A DNA stretch of 64,000 nt from Octopus sinensis (Eukaryota): contig NC_043000.1 of the NCBI RefSeq assembly GCF_006345805.1, positions 38,440,001 to 38,504,000 on the forward strand. The letters run 5' to 3'. Shown piece after piece: positions 1 through 13,983 of the stretch. The position numbers and the translations under genes were made by a program. Every line of letters starts with the position of its first letter. Position 1 is the stretch's first letter. Below the pieces are notes generated by a model that saw only the letters and a list, made by a program, of their open reading frames with translations, was not told the origin of the DNA and made no database searches.

Positions 1-3
1 GTA

Positions 4-48
<45 letters not shown>

Positions 49-271
49 TTTATTTAAAAGCAGCAGAAATATAACAAAAGCTGTTACTCAGAGTTTCACG
101 TTCCCGCTCGTCGAACAGTTTTGTTAACAAAACTGCTTTTAAGTAAGGCATATTACTCTACTTCTGGTATTTGAGTACACTTTTCTCCACCTAGTTTCAC
201 ATTTATGTACTTACTCCAGCATATGTACACACACACACACACACACACAGACACACACACATACACACACC

Positions 272-335
<64 letters not shown>

Positions 336-527
336 GTGAGAATTTACAAAAAACAAAAGACGAAGACGGGTGTGTAAACAACAAACAGATGTATTAGTTT
401 AACGCACGGGAAGTGAGAAAGTGTTTTACGTTTCGAGCCTACGCTCTTCAACAGAAAGGAAACAGAAGAAACAGGGAGAGAAAATAGAAAAAGGTATAGT
501 GGCTGGCGATCTATCATATATATATAT

Positions 528-565
<38 letters not shown>

Positions 566-878
566 TATATATATATATAACAAATTAATAAATAAAACAT
601 ATGCATATATACAAACATATATGTACGTACCTACATCTACATGTATATATACATGCATATATGGGTACAGGACAAATAACACAAGGAAAAATCCCCACAC
701 ACGCTGGTGCAAAGGTGGGTTTGCAGTTATGATAAATGTATTATTACCATTAATGACACCAAAAATAACAAAAATGAGGCTGACTAATTTAATGTGCTAA
801 GGATTTTAATGAATTAAATACTATAACATTGATGTGATACTCACTGTATACCTACTTTTGCACCCGTTTATATATATG

Positions 879-933
<55 letters not shown>

Positions 934-976
934 TATATATACATACATACATATATATATATTTATATATATATAT

Positions 977-1060
<84 letters not shown>

Positions 1061-1083
1061 ATATACAGAGAGAGAAAGAAATG

Positions 1084-1141
<58 letters not shown>

Positions 1142-2149
1142 AGATAGATAGATAGATGGTGGATGGGGGGAGATTTAGCTGGGCTTTCTAACAGTTCGAG
1201 TAATTTCAAAAGCACTCTTTGTATGATGTGGTGAGGTTTGGGAACCTCTATTTTCGCGAATTTTCGCAGATATCCATCAATTCCATTAGTGTATACCTAC
1301 GTGTGTGTGTTCGTGTCCGTGTGTGTGTCCGTGTGTGTGTGTTTCCGTGTGTGCGTTTGTGTGTGTGAGCAGTCGATGACATCGACCTCAAGTATTCGAT
1401 TGGTACTTATTTTATCGAACCCCGAAAGAATGAAATACAAAGGCATGAACGTAAAGAACTGCGAGTAATGCCGTTAAACATTTTCTCCGGCGCGATAGCG
1501 ACTCCGCCAGCTCATCGCCATTGGTGTGGTGTAATATAAAAGGGGGTGGGGTGTCGATATAGTTTGTGGTTAAGAAACAAAGTATTTACTAATAACAAAC
1601 ATATCGTTAAGAAGAGATAGAAAGAGAGGGCGGGAGAGAGAGGGGGAGAGAGAGAAAGAGAGATTAAGAGAAGATGAGAAAGCCAAAGAAAGAGAGAGAA
1701 GCGAAGGGAGTGCAAGGAATAGATAATCAGAGTGAGAGGGGGGAAGGGACAGAGAAAAAAGAGAAATGGCGGTTGGTGCTCTTTGATGCTCTTTGCAAGG
1801 TTTATTGTCTCCAAAACGATATAATTTCGCTGTCTTTTTGCCTCCTCACGGAACCAACCATCAACGTCTTATTGACACGATGAAGTCACTCAGAAAAATA
1901 TAAAAAGAAAGACTCAGTGTGTGTGTGTGTATGTGTTTCTGTTTGTATCTGTGTGTGTGTGTCCGTGCGTTTGTGTGTGTGTTCGTGTGTTTGTGTGTGT
2001 GTTTGTGCGAGTACGTGCATGTGTGCATGTGTCGTTAATGTTGATTCTTTTTAGTTTGTTCATTATTTTCTTTTATTGGTTTGTTTTATCATTTTTATTG
2101 TTGTTATCACCACTATATCGAAAATGCTTGGCTTTATTTATTGTTGTTG

Positions 2150-2227
<78 letters not shown>

Positions 2228-2351
2228 TTTTGCGATTACTTTTTCTTTCATTTTCTTTTTTGTGTTTCGTTTTGTTTTTGTTTCTCGAAAATATTTCTAA
2301 ATAAATGAAATATTGTAACGTTTGAATCATTCACGGAATGAATTTTAATAT

Positions 2352-2561
2352 CGCCACCACCACCACTACCACTACTACCACCATCATCATCATCATTACC
2401 GTAGCCACCGCACCCATCGTCACCACCACTGTAATTATTTCAACCACCACCACCATTATCATCATCACCATTATCTTCAGCATCATCATCAATATAGTTA
2501 TTATCACAACCACCATCACCATATCCACTACTACAACCAACACCACCACTACCACCACAGC

Positions 2562-2600
<39 letters not shown>

Positions 2601-2670
2601 AGTCATCGTGTGGTCGTGGTCGCCATCCCAATTGCCACCACCAGTATCGCCCCCATCATCACCGCCAGCC
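2352..2670. repeat. (CAC/CAT)n degenerate trinucleotide tract
   Basis: Direct reading; a mirror-type tract (GAT/GGT) occurs at ~61500-61905. Confidence 0.9.
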
Positions 2671-3700
2671 TAAACAATAATTTCAACGTCTTCGCCCTAG
2701 TCTCCTAATACGGGACGTTTTCTAAAAAAAAAAACATCCAGAGAAGCAGCAGCAGCAACAAGAACAATGAAGTCAAATAAAATCTCCATTCAGATTCCCT
2801 TCTTTGCTTATTGAAATCCTGTTGGCAGCAGTTATTGTCAAGAAATAGAGAAATCGATAAGTTATTAGTTATTAAGGATATACAGAATTATGGCAAAAAA
2901 AAAATCAAAAATTTGTTTGTAGCAAATATTGTTGGTGATTGGCATGCTGGGATGCCGAATCGTGCTTTTACATTTAAAATGCGTCTATTACATATTTCAT
3001 ACAAGCACTCCACATATTACGGCTTTGTGTTTGTATTGAAACAAGACTTCTGCAACGATTCTTCCAAAATTTGAGCGGCCTCCATTGTGGTTTCAAGCAT
3101 TGAAAATATTTATTTATTTATTAATCATTTATATTTTATTTTCATTCATTTCTTTTCTGTTATTTATTTATTTCTCTGATCTGTGGTTTTAGAAATTATA
3201 CAAGGTAGCTTTTCTTTTTCTTTTCTTTTTTCGTTAACTAAAATAAATTTGCATGAATCCGTTATGTTTTGCTGTATTTTAACTAAAGACAATGAGTGAT
3301 AAAGATATCCGAACACTGTGTTGATTGGTTGTGCTGTTCGAATCAAAATGAGTTATTGATCTCTCTACTTTTTCTTTCGAAATTTCCCTTCATATTTAAA
3401 AAAAACCCAAATAAATCTAGAATATTTTTCAGAGCCTAACCAATTGTAAATAATATAAACACCAACTCAAAAATTTAATAAATTATCATTTGAATGTTTC
3501 AGTCATAAAAACGTACAGGAATTAAATCTTAGTCGATTGAGAAGGGTTTTCTGAAAGAGAGAAATAAAACAAAACAACAAGGTTTATACCAGTGTTTCTT
3601 AATCTTTTTAGTATTTAGGCCAGATCCAAAATCTGGATTTTTTTAGTGGGGCACCACCAAAAAGGTAAAGCACAAGTTAGTTAAAGAAAACTTTGTTGTA

Positions 3701-4903
3701 CAGAGGTTAGACAAAATAATGGAAACACTTAGCATCATAGCATTATATTTTTGAAATATCTATAAAACCGTCAAAAGCGTGTTTATTTTTATGTTGTTTT
3801 TTTTAAATTTATTATTAGACTTGCTTAATATGTTTTGCTAAAATTGCTGTTTCTTTTCAGATATCATCAGAAAAAGGTAATTTAAATTCATTAAAATGAC
3901 AGATCTATCGAGCTTCCAAAGTGGTCAAATTGTTGGTGCTTGTATGGCAGGCGCTAGCGTAACGAAAACAGCTGAAATATTTGGTGTATCAAGAAGTACG
4001 GTCTCGAAAGTAATGACAGCCTTTGAGAAAGAGGGAAAAACCTCTTCATCGAAATAACACTCCGGAAGAAAATTAAAACTCTCAGATAGGGACCACCGGA
4101 CTCTTACTCGACTTTTTAGAAAGGATCATAAAAGTACAGTTTCCAAAATTACTGCAGAGCTTAATGACCACCTCGAGAACCTAGTTTCCACAAAAACTGT
4201 TCGCCAAAAGTTGCACAAAGCCAGATTTTACGAGAGAGCTGCAATCAGAAAACCACTACTTTCAAAAACAAACGTTGCAAAGCGTTTAGAGTGGAGTAAA
4301 AGCCTACAGAATTGCTCATTAGAACAGTGGAAGAATGTTAGTTTCTTGGACGAGCCATCCTTTACCTTATTTCCGACCACCGGCCGAGTATACGTGTGGA
4401 GAGATCCAAAAGAAGCATTTATCCTAGACTGTCTTCTTCCCTCTGTTAAACATGGACGAGGATCTGTGATGATCTGGGGTGGGGGCTATATCTTGGGAAT
4501 CCGCTGGTCCAATGGTTTCTCTTAATGGCAGAATTAATAGTGAAGACTATTTAAGCATTTTATCTGATCAAATTCATCCTATGTTTGCAGGACTGTTTCC
4601 GGAGGGAAGCACAATCTTTCAGGATGATAATTCACTAATTCATGCAGCTAAAGTTGTTACTGAATGGCACGAGGAACAAAAAAACAAGTAAGGAGTCGAT
4701 ATCCTCCACTATCATCACTACAAGAACTGGAGACTTTTTAGGTGAAGAATGAACAAAAATCCCTTTGGAAACAATTAAAACTTTGTACGAGTCCATACCA
4801 CGTAGAATTCCAGCTGTAATTACTGCCAAAGGCGGTTCTACTCTGTATTGAAATAAATTTGTTTGAAATTTTATGGTGTTTCTATTATTTAGTCCATCAC
4901 CTG
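3701..4903 (+). mobile_element. Tc1/mariner DNA transposon, degenerate, copy 1
   Basis: TA flanks (3699-3700, 4904-4905) and ~28-bp imperfect TIRs (CAGAGGTTAGACAAAATAATGGAAACAC). Disrupted transposase from ATG 3896: HTH region, FLDEPSF, VKHGRGSVMIWG, FQDDN. It has stops, a frameshift and a deletion of the SPDLNxIE segment. Confidence 0.93.
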
Positions 4904-5554
4904 TACTTATGGAGGAAAGACTGTCGGGGTTTGCCGGAAGGCTGCTTGAGGGCCGCATGCAGCCCTGGAACTGCGGTTGACAACCGCAATTTTATAGGCA
5001 CGAACTTCAAATCAGAAACAGATGTAGAAAATCGAAAAATTTAGATACGTTATTAGAAACGTGTAAAGATTACGAACTGAGTGCAGTATGCTTGAGACAA
5101 AAAAAGGACGATGGAGTGTGCGACACAATGTAAATATTGAAAAGTTTGGAACCACAAGGCATTCATAAGAATCACGCTATTTTATAAGACGTTTAGAAGG
5201 AAAGATAGCATATGAATAGATTAATTCGAGATGCTTAAATGCATGAAACTCCAATGGAACTTCTGTTTTTATGTCCGAAGCTGTCTGTGTCCATCTGCTG
5301 CTGGTCTGAAATTCTGTTTGGGACAAATATGCCACTGCGCAATTGCTAATAGCCCGATTCTTGATCAAATTATGTGCTGCATATCTTATCAGAAAAAAAA
5401 ACGAAAATAAAAACTTGGAAATCGAAATCAGGTTTAGCAGTCGTTTGAGGGCCTCTCATAGAAAAACTAAGAAACCTGTTGCAGGCATATGTATGCAATA
5501 TGTAAAAGGGTTCGAAATCGAGTGAATATAATATGTATCATATATTATAATATA

Positions 5555-5924
5555 CTAGCAGTATCGCCCGGCGTTGCTCAGGTTTCTAAGGGAAATAACT
5601 ATAAAGCATTTTTAGAGAATTATAGCCAAAAAATGGAAAAAATGATGGTAAATTTTTTTTTAGTTAAAAAAGGTGGAGTTGCGTCCCCTAGACAGTTTGC
5701 GGTTTGTGTTTCTGATTCTCGACCCCATGTCGAATTTATCGATTTTTTTCAGAACTGGGGGAACTTTGCAAAATTTTCGCTGCGTTAGTTTTGAATTATG
5801 ACATTGGGCTATGTGTGTGTCAAGTTTCATCAGAATCGGTTGAAAGCCGTGGTCAGGGTGAGGGTACAAGCAAACAGACACACAGAAACACGCACAGACA
5901 AACTGCCGTTTATATAGAGAGAGA
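5555..5924 (-). mobile_element. Non-autonomous Helitron-like element
   Basis: On the minus strand it begins A|TC and ends CTAG|T, with a GC-rich subterminal segment (GAGCAACGCCGGGCGATACTG). It carries an internal (CTGT)-like repeat near the 5' end and has no TSD. Confidence 0.7.
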
Positions 5925-5925
5925 T

Positions 5926-5975
<50 letters not shown>

Positions 5976-6760
5976 CACGCTAATATCGAATAGTAAGAAT
6001 GAGTACTTAACAACGCATTGGGGGATAAATATTTTTCATTTGTGAGTTAACAAGGCTGTTGATGGTTATCTTGTTACCTTATCGATGAAACACCGATAAG
6101 GATGAAAAATGAAAAACAGAAAGTCACCGAAGTAAATCTTTTCTAGGTCTGAATGAACTGTTATAGAATGGATTCAAAAGATAAGCCTTTTACCTTTTCT
6201 AAAATGGCGCTGTATGATTCAAGAGAGTCCAGAGATTGTTCGTCAGAATAATCATAGCCATGCATGGCGAGATTTTTCTTCTTCCTTTCATTTTTGAATA
6301 CGGCTCGTACCTATGAAACAGAAGTGAAACGAAAAAGCGATTAGATGTTATCAATAGGTCGTTAATAAAAGAAAATATAACGTTGAAATACATTGTACGC
6401 GCTTACTGCGTAAGGCATTAAAGGTTTCCTTTTCATTTTCCCTGATAAAGAAAGCTCCAGTAGAATTGAATCTGAGACCCTAGTATTATTATAGGTATGA
6501 GATATTTCATGATTTTATGAACAGTTTGGGTTCCAAGAGCTTTTAAAATCTATAGAGATGGTTGTGTGTTTGTATTAACGGTTATCATACTGACCAAAGA
6601 CCTATTCCACTAACAGATTATCGCACTGGATCATGGAAGAAAGATATATTATATCCTGTATTGCAGTTCATACACTGTGAATTAAATCCACACATGCATA
6701 CACACACAGATATACACAGGCATGTATATGTATAATATGTGGGTGCTTGCGAGCATTCGG

Positions 6761-6802
<42 letters not shown>

Positions 6803-6867
6803 TATATATATGTTTGTGCATGTGTGTATGTGGTATGAAATACTGGCCAGTGGAATGTATATGAACA

Positions 6868-6926
<59 letters not shown>

Positions 6927-7237
6927 TGCATGAGTGAGATAGAGAGACAGAAAGAGAGACGGAAAGGGAAACAAATAGAGAGAGAAATACAATACGATAT
7001 TAAAAAATAGTAAAAGACCTTATCCTAATCTTACAAAGTTGTTTGAGAATGGTGACTGCGGCATTGGCTCTTTTTGTATATTTAGTCGGTAAGCGTAATT
7101 CCATGTGACTCCTCAGAAAGTCTTCTCTGTTATAGTCGTTTTTTTTAAATCTAGATCTTATCATTTAACCACAATGTTTTGAAAACGAGCTAAGTATTAT
7201 ATAACCAAAGTCTACTGAAGTGTGATTAACATTTATA

Positions 7238-7362
7238 TATTATATCATATTATATTATATTATATTATATTATATTATATTATATTATATTATATCATAT
7301 TATATGATATAATATTATATTATATTATATTATATTATATTATATTATAATATATTATATTA
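7238..7362. repeat. (TATAT)n pentanucleotide microsatellite
   Basis: Direct reading. Confidence 0.95.
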
Positions 7363-9149
7363 TACAGAAGATAAAAATTGTCATTCATTTTATCATATCG
7401 TAATTGTAAGGTTGATTCTATTAGCTTTACTAATTTCAGTATAGAAAATGCACGTGTCGCATTTACGTGCTTCTTGAGTTTTATAAACAGAGACGGTTAT
7501 AATCAAGAATCGAACCCGGATCTCAGTTTTCATTCGTTTTTAGTACACTACTTGACATTGTCATTAGAAATCTATTTAGAATACAATCAAGTATAACGAT
7601 TAAAAGAAATGATAAATGTTCATTTTAATCCTGTCGATTATTAAATCGTCAATACGCTTTAGGGATTTCCATTCAAGTTAATGCTTTTAAACCAAGAAAC
7701 TCTTCGTTATATTTCGCTTTGGATTTGGTTTGCAAGGTTCTTTATATGAGTTCGTTTGTTGAAGCATATTCTGTTGTGTCTGGGGAGAGTGCCTTTTAGT
7801 GCCTTATAATTTAACACACTCTCCGGTAAAATTTCCAGTCATTTCCTTCTTTATTTTTCTAAAATTTTCGTTGCGTCTTGTAACCTTTTCAATAGTTTGA
7901 CTCACGTTATAATTTAACCCCAAAATATTTCCGAAATTAGTGACCAATTTCGTAATTACCGATAACAATTGATTCGACAAACGTTTCCCCAAATCAAATA
8001 TTTTTGATTAGAGTCTTATCTACCAATGCTTTGGATTATGTGTGTTGTCACGCAAATCTTTGATCAAAGGAGTTGCATTCGAAAGCATTCCATTTCCTAG
8101 GGTAGTGCTTCGTAACTTTTTCTTAACTATCACGTCTGACTTTCATTAATACTTTTCAACGCCCTTGCAACGATGCAATGCTCATCAGAGCATTGTAACT
8201 TAGTTCCGGGTACTTGTTCGAAACTTTCACTCCATATTCATCACATGGCTTCATTCAAAGTTAACCAAGTATTCTTTGTGCTTCATGTATATCTGACACA
8301 GCAACCAGTTGACATTTGTCTTTATATGCTGAACTCTACATGTTCACACACATTAATATCTCACGCATACATGTGTGTGTGTGTGTGTGTACATACACAC
8401 ATATATGCATCATACACACAAACACACACGCACACATACACAGAGAAAGGCATACACACACACGCACACAGAGGCATACACATACACCACACACACACAC
8501 ACACATACATATAAGCATTTTTTGATTTAAAGTTTAAAGAGGCAAAATAGAGCATTTTTTGATTTAAAGTTTAAATAGGCAAAATACTCGGTGGCATTAA
8601 GCACATAAAATATATCGTAAATATGCAAAAAAACATACAAAATAAAACGAAGATAAGAATTTTCTAAATGAAAACAAATATATCCATATTCCACCCAACA
8701 AATTCTGTCTCTTTTTAAACTATGCTTTTTTTGTTTGCATCTGAATATTTTTACAGATCTTTCACGCATATATAGTTCAAATGAAGCTTCTGTATGTCAC
8801 GCTTGACTCAGCTCAGTTCAGACAACGGGAAAAAAATGGCTGCTCTTAACTTGAACATTAGACAACGCCTGAGTTAATAACGTCTTAGAGACCTTAATAT
8901 TATTATTTCATTTGTAAAAAAATACAATTAGGACACAGGCATCACTGCAAGATTAAGCGTAAGTAGGACTGTACGATTAAAATATTTGCCTTGCATCTTC
9001 ATGGTTCCGTGCTGAGTCCTACTTCGCGGCATTTTGGGCAAATGTCTTCCACGGTGACCCCAACCCGACCAAATATATTCTGAGTGAATCTGGTAGACGG
9101 ACATTCGGTGGAAGAGGTCCGTGGCATCTCCACTTTGGATGAGTCTTGT

Positions 9150-9375
9150 ATTCTTTTAATCTTTTATCCTTTTACTTGTTTCAGTCATTTTGACTGCGGC
9201 CATGCTGGAGCACCGCCTTCAGTCGAACAAATCGATCCCAGGACTTATTCTTTCTAAGCCTAGTACTTACTCAATCGTTGTCTTTCACCAAACTGCTAAG
9301 TTACGGCCACGTAAAAACACCAACATCGGTTTTCATGCGATGGTGGGGCGACAAACACATACATACATACATACA

Positions 9376-9456
<81 letters not shown>

Positions 9457-9479
9457 ACACACACACATATATATGTATG

Positions 9480-9568
<89 letters not shown>

Positions 9569-10090
9569 ATTGGCCCTTTTCGTCTATGCAGACAGTCAAT
9601 TTAGCTGAGAGATCACTTAATCGAACATATCAGGGGTTCCCTTTCTTGCAGCTTCTTTCGTGGCCGATTCTTCCTATGACTAAAGCGCAGCTTATGTCAC
9701 AGAACTTGCATGCCAAGAGGGTGTCTCGGCCCTCTGCATTTCTGTTGTTTCCCTTTCGCCGCTGACGCTTCACAGCCTGTTTTCTTCTGTAGCTGCTCTC
9801 TAGCAAAGCAGTTCCTTCCTTCACCACAGTCCTCCACTTTGTTCTGTCCTCATCCCTCTCTTCCCAGGTGCTGACATCCACCTCACACTTGGACAAACTA
9901 GTTTCGCAAGTGTCCTTATATATAAACGATGGGCTTCTTTCAGTTTCTGTCTACCAAATCTAGTCACAAAGCTTTGGTCGACCGGAGGCTACAGAAGAAG
10001 ACACTTGCCCAAGGTGCCACATAGTGAGACTCAACCCGGGACTCTGTGGGTGGGAAGCAAGCCTCTTACTACACAGCCACTCCTTCGCCT
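9150..10090 (-). mobile_element. SINE family B (CORE-like, OR-type, internal microsatellite), interrupted by an RTE fragment
   Basis: Head GGAGTGGCTGTGTAGTAAGAGGCTTGCT, CORE-like GGCACCTTGGGCAAGTGTCTT, tail ...GCGGTGCTCCAGCATGGCCGCAGTC...AACAAGTAAAAG. Confidence 0.85.
9570..9918 (-). mobile_element. RTE-clade LINE, 5'-truncated 3' end
   Basis: Encodes YKDTCETSLSKCEVDVSTWEERDEDRTKWRTVVKEG...KRQRRK...CKFC...IGRIGHERSC, an RTE C-terminus with a zinc-finger-like motif. A short 3' UTR ends in (TA)n. Inserted within a SINE. Confidence 0.8.
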
Positions 10091-10988
10091 ATTTTAAGAT
10101 TACCTTCCTTTTACAAGCGTAGCTAGTCTTTATTTCTATTTTGCTTTTATGAGCCATCCTTTACAGGCGCATATGATTTTAAGAAAACAATAACTTATGT
10201 TCTATAACATTTGATAAATATACATATTTCTACACGCACACACTCGCATACACATATATCCAAATTTAGAGAATGAAATAGATAGAATCTAAGCTACGTA
10301 TGTTTCCTAGTTAGCAGAACATCGGAAGTATTAATTACTCCACGTGAGGTGCTTCATTAGCTGCTCATCAGGCCAAAGGTACCTTAGTCTCTTGAAGGTT
10401 GCATTGTCGCTAAGGGATGCCATGTAAACTCGCAGGAGATTCGATCAAAAATGTGTATATGTGTGTGTGTGGGGGGGGCGTACATAACTCTATGTGTTTG
10501 TGTTTCTCCTTCCACCACCGCTTGACAACCGATGTTGTTTTGTTTGTGTCCCCGGTAGACTAAGCACCAGATTTTAAAATATGTACTGGAGTCGATTTGT
10601 TCGCCTACTGTACTTCAAGACGATGCCCCAGGATGGCCCACTGCCCAGTGATTGAAAAAAGGTAAACGATAAAAGATATAATTATATATTATGTGCAATT
10701 CGCTAAGCGAGAAATTGCGAGAGTTAGACGAGACGGCCTCTGCTAATCCAAATCTTCTGGCACCATTTGCTAAACTGTTAAGTCAGATGTCCTTTCACGT
10801 CTGACTGTGTGTGTGTGTGCGTGTGTGTGTGTGTGTGTGTGTATGTGTGTATGTGTGTATGTGTGCGCGCGCTTGCATGCGCGCTTTGCACGTGGTAATG
10901 TGGTCTGGCTTTTTTGTTTTGTTATTTTTTAACTACATGTTTTGGCTAATTATTATATTTTTTATTATAATTGAAGAAATCAACATCT

Positions 10989-11019
<31 letters not shown>

Positions 11020-12254
11020 CATTTTTATCATTTTCCTTTCTGGTCTATTCATGCACGTGTATGTGTGTGTGTGTATGCATGTCTGTCTGTGTGCGTATCT
11101 GTATACGTGTGTGCATGTATGCGCGTGTGGTGCTTATGTGTGCGCGCACATGCGTGATTCCACTGACTTCGCATGTTGTGAATGTAGGCGCATAAGTGAA
11201 TGAACAGGCAAAGGAGAACGGTGGCGATGCTGATGGGGGTGGCGTTGAAGGTGGTGGCAGAGTGTGACGGCGGCGGCGGCGGCGGTGGTGGTGGTGGGGA
11301 AGTGATGTTTTGATATTTAATATTTAATAAATGAAGGCAATTTTTTTATATTAAAATATTTTGCGGTGTTTGTTTTATGAATTTTGTATTTAATTTTTAT
11401 TATTTTGTGCTTCATTTAGCGGAAAATGTTAACAACATGAGAAGGAAAAGAACAAAAAAGAAAGAAAGAAAGAAACAATGTTAGTGTTGTCCAGACGTCT
11501 CTAAAATAGTCATTTAGAAATTAGAGAGAACGAGAGTGGGGAGAGTGGGGAGAGATAACACGCAGTTGTACTCAAGGGAAGAAGACAAGAGTGAGAGAGA
11601 GTCAAATAGAAATAGAGACAGAGGGCGACAGAGAGGAACACAGAGAGAGAAACATACAGAGACAAACAGACAGGCGAACAAATACCACAGAACTGTACTC
11701 AAGGAAAGACGAGAGAGCATTTTAAAGCGGCGTCTGATGGATTCAATAGAATGAGTGAGAAAGAGAAACATAAAAAGAGAGAGAGAGAGAGAGCGAGAGA
11801 AAGAGAAGAGAGAGAGAGAGAGTAAATCTGAGCCAACTTTGGCTATTTTCGCCGTCAGTGTGACCTTTCATTAAGTTAAGTGATTTAGATATTTTGATGT
11901 CTTTGGACTCAACCCACCGCCAATTATGGTAATGATGTGGGAGCTAGAGCTAATTAACACGGCACCAGTGTGTCGATGGTGAAGAGACATGTCTAGTCCG
12001 GTTGGATTTGAATCCATAAAACATACCAGATTTCTTTACGTCTTTATTCTTTATTCTACCCCTTTACCAATTGGCCACCCTTATAACTACCCTTGGATAA
12101 TAAGGGGGGGATATCGTCTTTTATATAGCACACTTTATTACGTACCGTTAAAAAGTTTTCTTACTTTTTTCCAACCATCCCGTTCTCTGGTGCACCTCAA
12201 CACATCAATAATGATGTTTCCGGGTGGTGTCATTGGGCGTTTCGGCTCTTTATC

Positions 12255-12494
12255 GTTTAACTTTTACCTGTTACAGTCATTAGGCTGCAGCCATGCCGGA
12301 CCACCACCTTGAAGGATCTTATTCGAACGACTCGAGCCCAGTACACTATTTTTTTTGTTTTTAGAGTTTGGTACCTCTTCTATCAGTCTCTCTTTTATCG
12401 AACACCTAAGCTGCAGGGATTTAAACACACCAACACCGGTTGTCGAGCGGTGATGGGAGACAAACACAGACAAAAGGCATTGACATACGTGCAA

Positions 12495-12525
<31 letters not shown>

Positions 12526-12900
12526 CACACACACATAACATATACGGGGGGGGGTTCTTTTAGTTTCCATTTACCAGTAGTTGACTGAGATGTACCCAGG
12601 TATTGCCAGCTTATCTGATATTCCTTGAAGAAGTTTGTCCAGGTTTCATTTAAAGGTGATGGGAACTTTTCCTTCTTTAATTTCTTGTAGGATATTATAA
12701 ATAGAACAGTGAATTTATATGTTTTGATCCTATAAGGGGCGAATGGCATGTGGCTCCAGTCTTGGATAAATTCTGAATCGGATTTTAAGGTTGTCTTCGT
12801 GCTATAGGAGAAGACGCTTGCCCAAGAAGCCATGTAGTGGGACTGAACCTGGAACCATGTGACTGGGAAAACAAAACTTCTTACCACGTAGCCACGCTTT
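12255..12900 (-). mobile_element. SINE family B, interrupted by an unrelated ~200-bp fragment
   Basis: Family B head at ~12800-12900 and tail at ~12255-12580. Confidence 0.75.
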
Positions 12901-12978
12901 ATCACTTCTAAATAATAATTGGTTGGATCAGAATTTTAAAGTTTAACACCAAAAAATAAATGTTTAAATGAAGGTTTA

Positions 12979-13069
<91 letters not shown>

Positions 13070-13601
13070 CATCATGACTATTATTATTATTATTATTATT
13101 TGTATGTTCTGACTAACTTATATGTGTCTTCCGCGTTCAGCATCACCAGAGTCTCGCATCAAATCACTTGCCGGACAGGTACATCTCTTCAACTCAAGAA
13201 GAATATTGTTGTTATCGAGTAGATAATGGTATTCCAGCCATGACCAACATCATTAATTTTATAAGGCATAGCATATCCCTGACAATATCAAATGCGTCCT
13301 TTATTTGCAATGAGGAGTCGAGGAAGATTTTATTGCCATTTCTAGTACATCGAGCGACTACGTGAACAATACCTCATACATCTCATTTGGTTGCTGCTAA
13401 TCAATAGATGCTAATGTGTGATTAAACACTGCTCACATTTAATTCACAGTTAACTATATTACTGTGGTTAATTACTTCGATTTAAAATGCGGTTTTGGTG
13501 AAATCGTGTCTCCTCTAAAAACTGTTTTGTTGTCGATGTATTACTAACAATGTTCTTATCAATTGCTATGAATAATTACATAGCCTATAGCATTTTTTAT
13601 C

Positions 13602-13603
<2 letters not shown>

Positions 13604-13667
<64 letters not shown>

Positions 13668-13669
13668 CC

Positions 13670-13700
<31 letters not shown>

Positions 13701-13770
13701 CATTATTATTATTATTATTATTATTATCATCATTATTATCATCATCATTATTATTATTATTATTATTATT

Positions 13771-13844
<74 letters not shown>

Positions 13845-13864
13845 CATCATCATCATCATCATCA

Positions 13865-13898
<34 letters not shown>

Positions 13899-13899
13899 C

Positions 13900-13983
<84 letters not shown>
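13604..13983. repeat. (ATT)n/(ATC)n compound microsatellite
   Basis: Direct reading. Confidence 0.97.

Noticed and set aside
3590-4990. Possible hAT remnant hosting the Tc1 copy (CAGTGTTTCTTAA... / ...GGGCCGCATG...GGTTGACAACC)
   Set aside because: The ends are too degenerate and no TSD can be identified.
8150-8210. Minus-strand SIASLQG resembling the TM7 NSLQG motif
   Set aside because: No suitable splice sites, and a stop follows within two codons.
13141-13178. Possible plus-strand micro-exon (ttcAG...CAG/GTACAT)
   Set aside because: Weak donor, no partner exons and no recognisable peptide.
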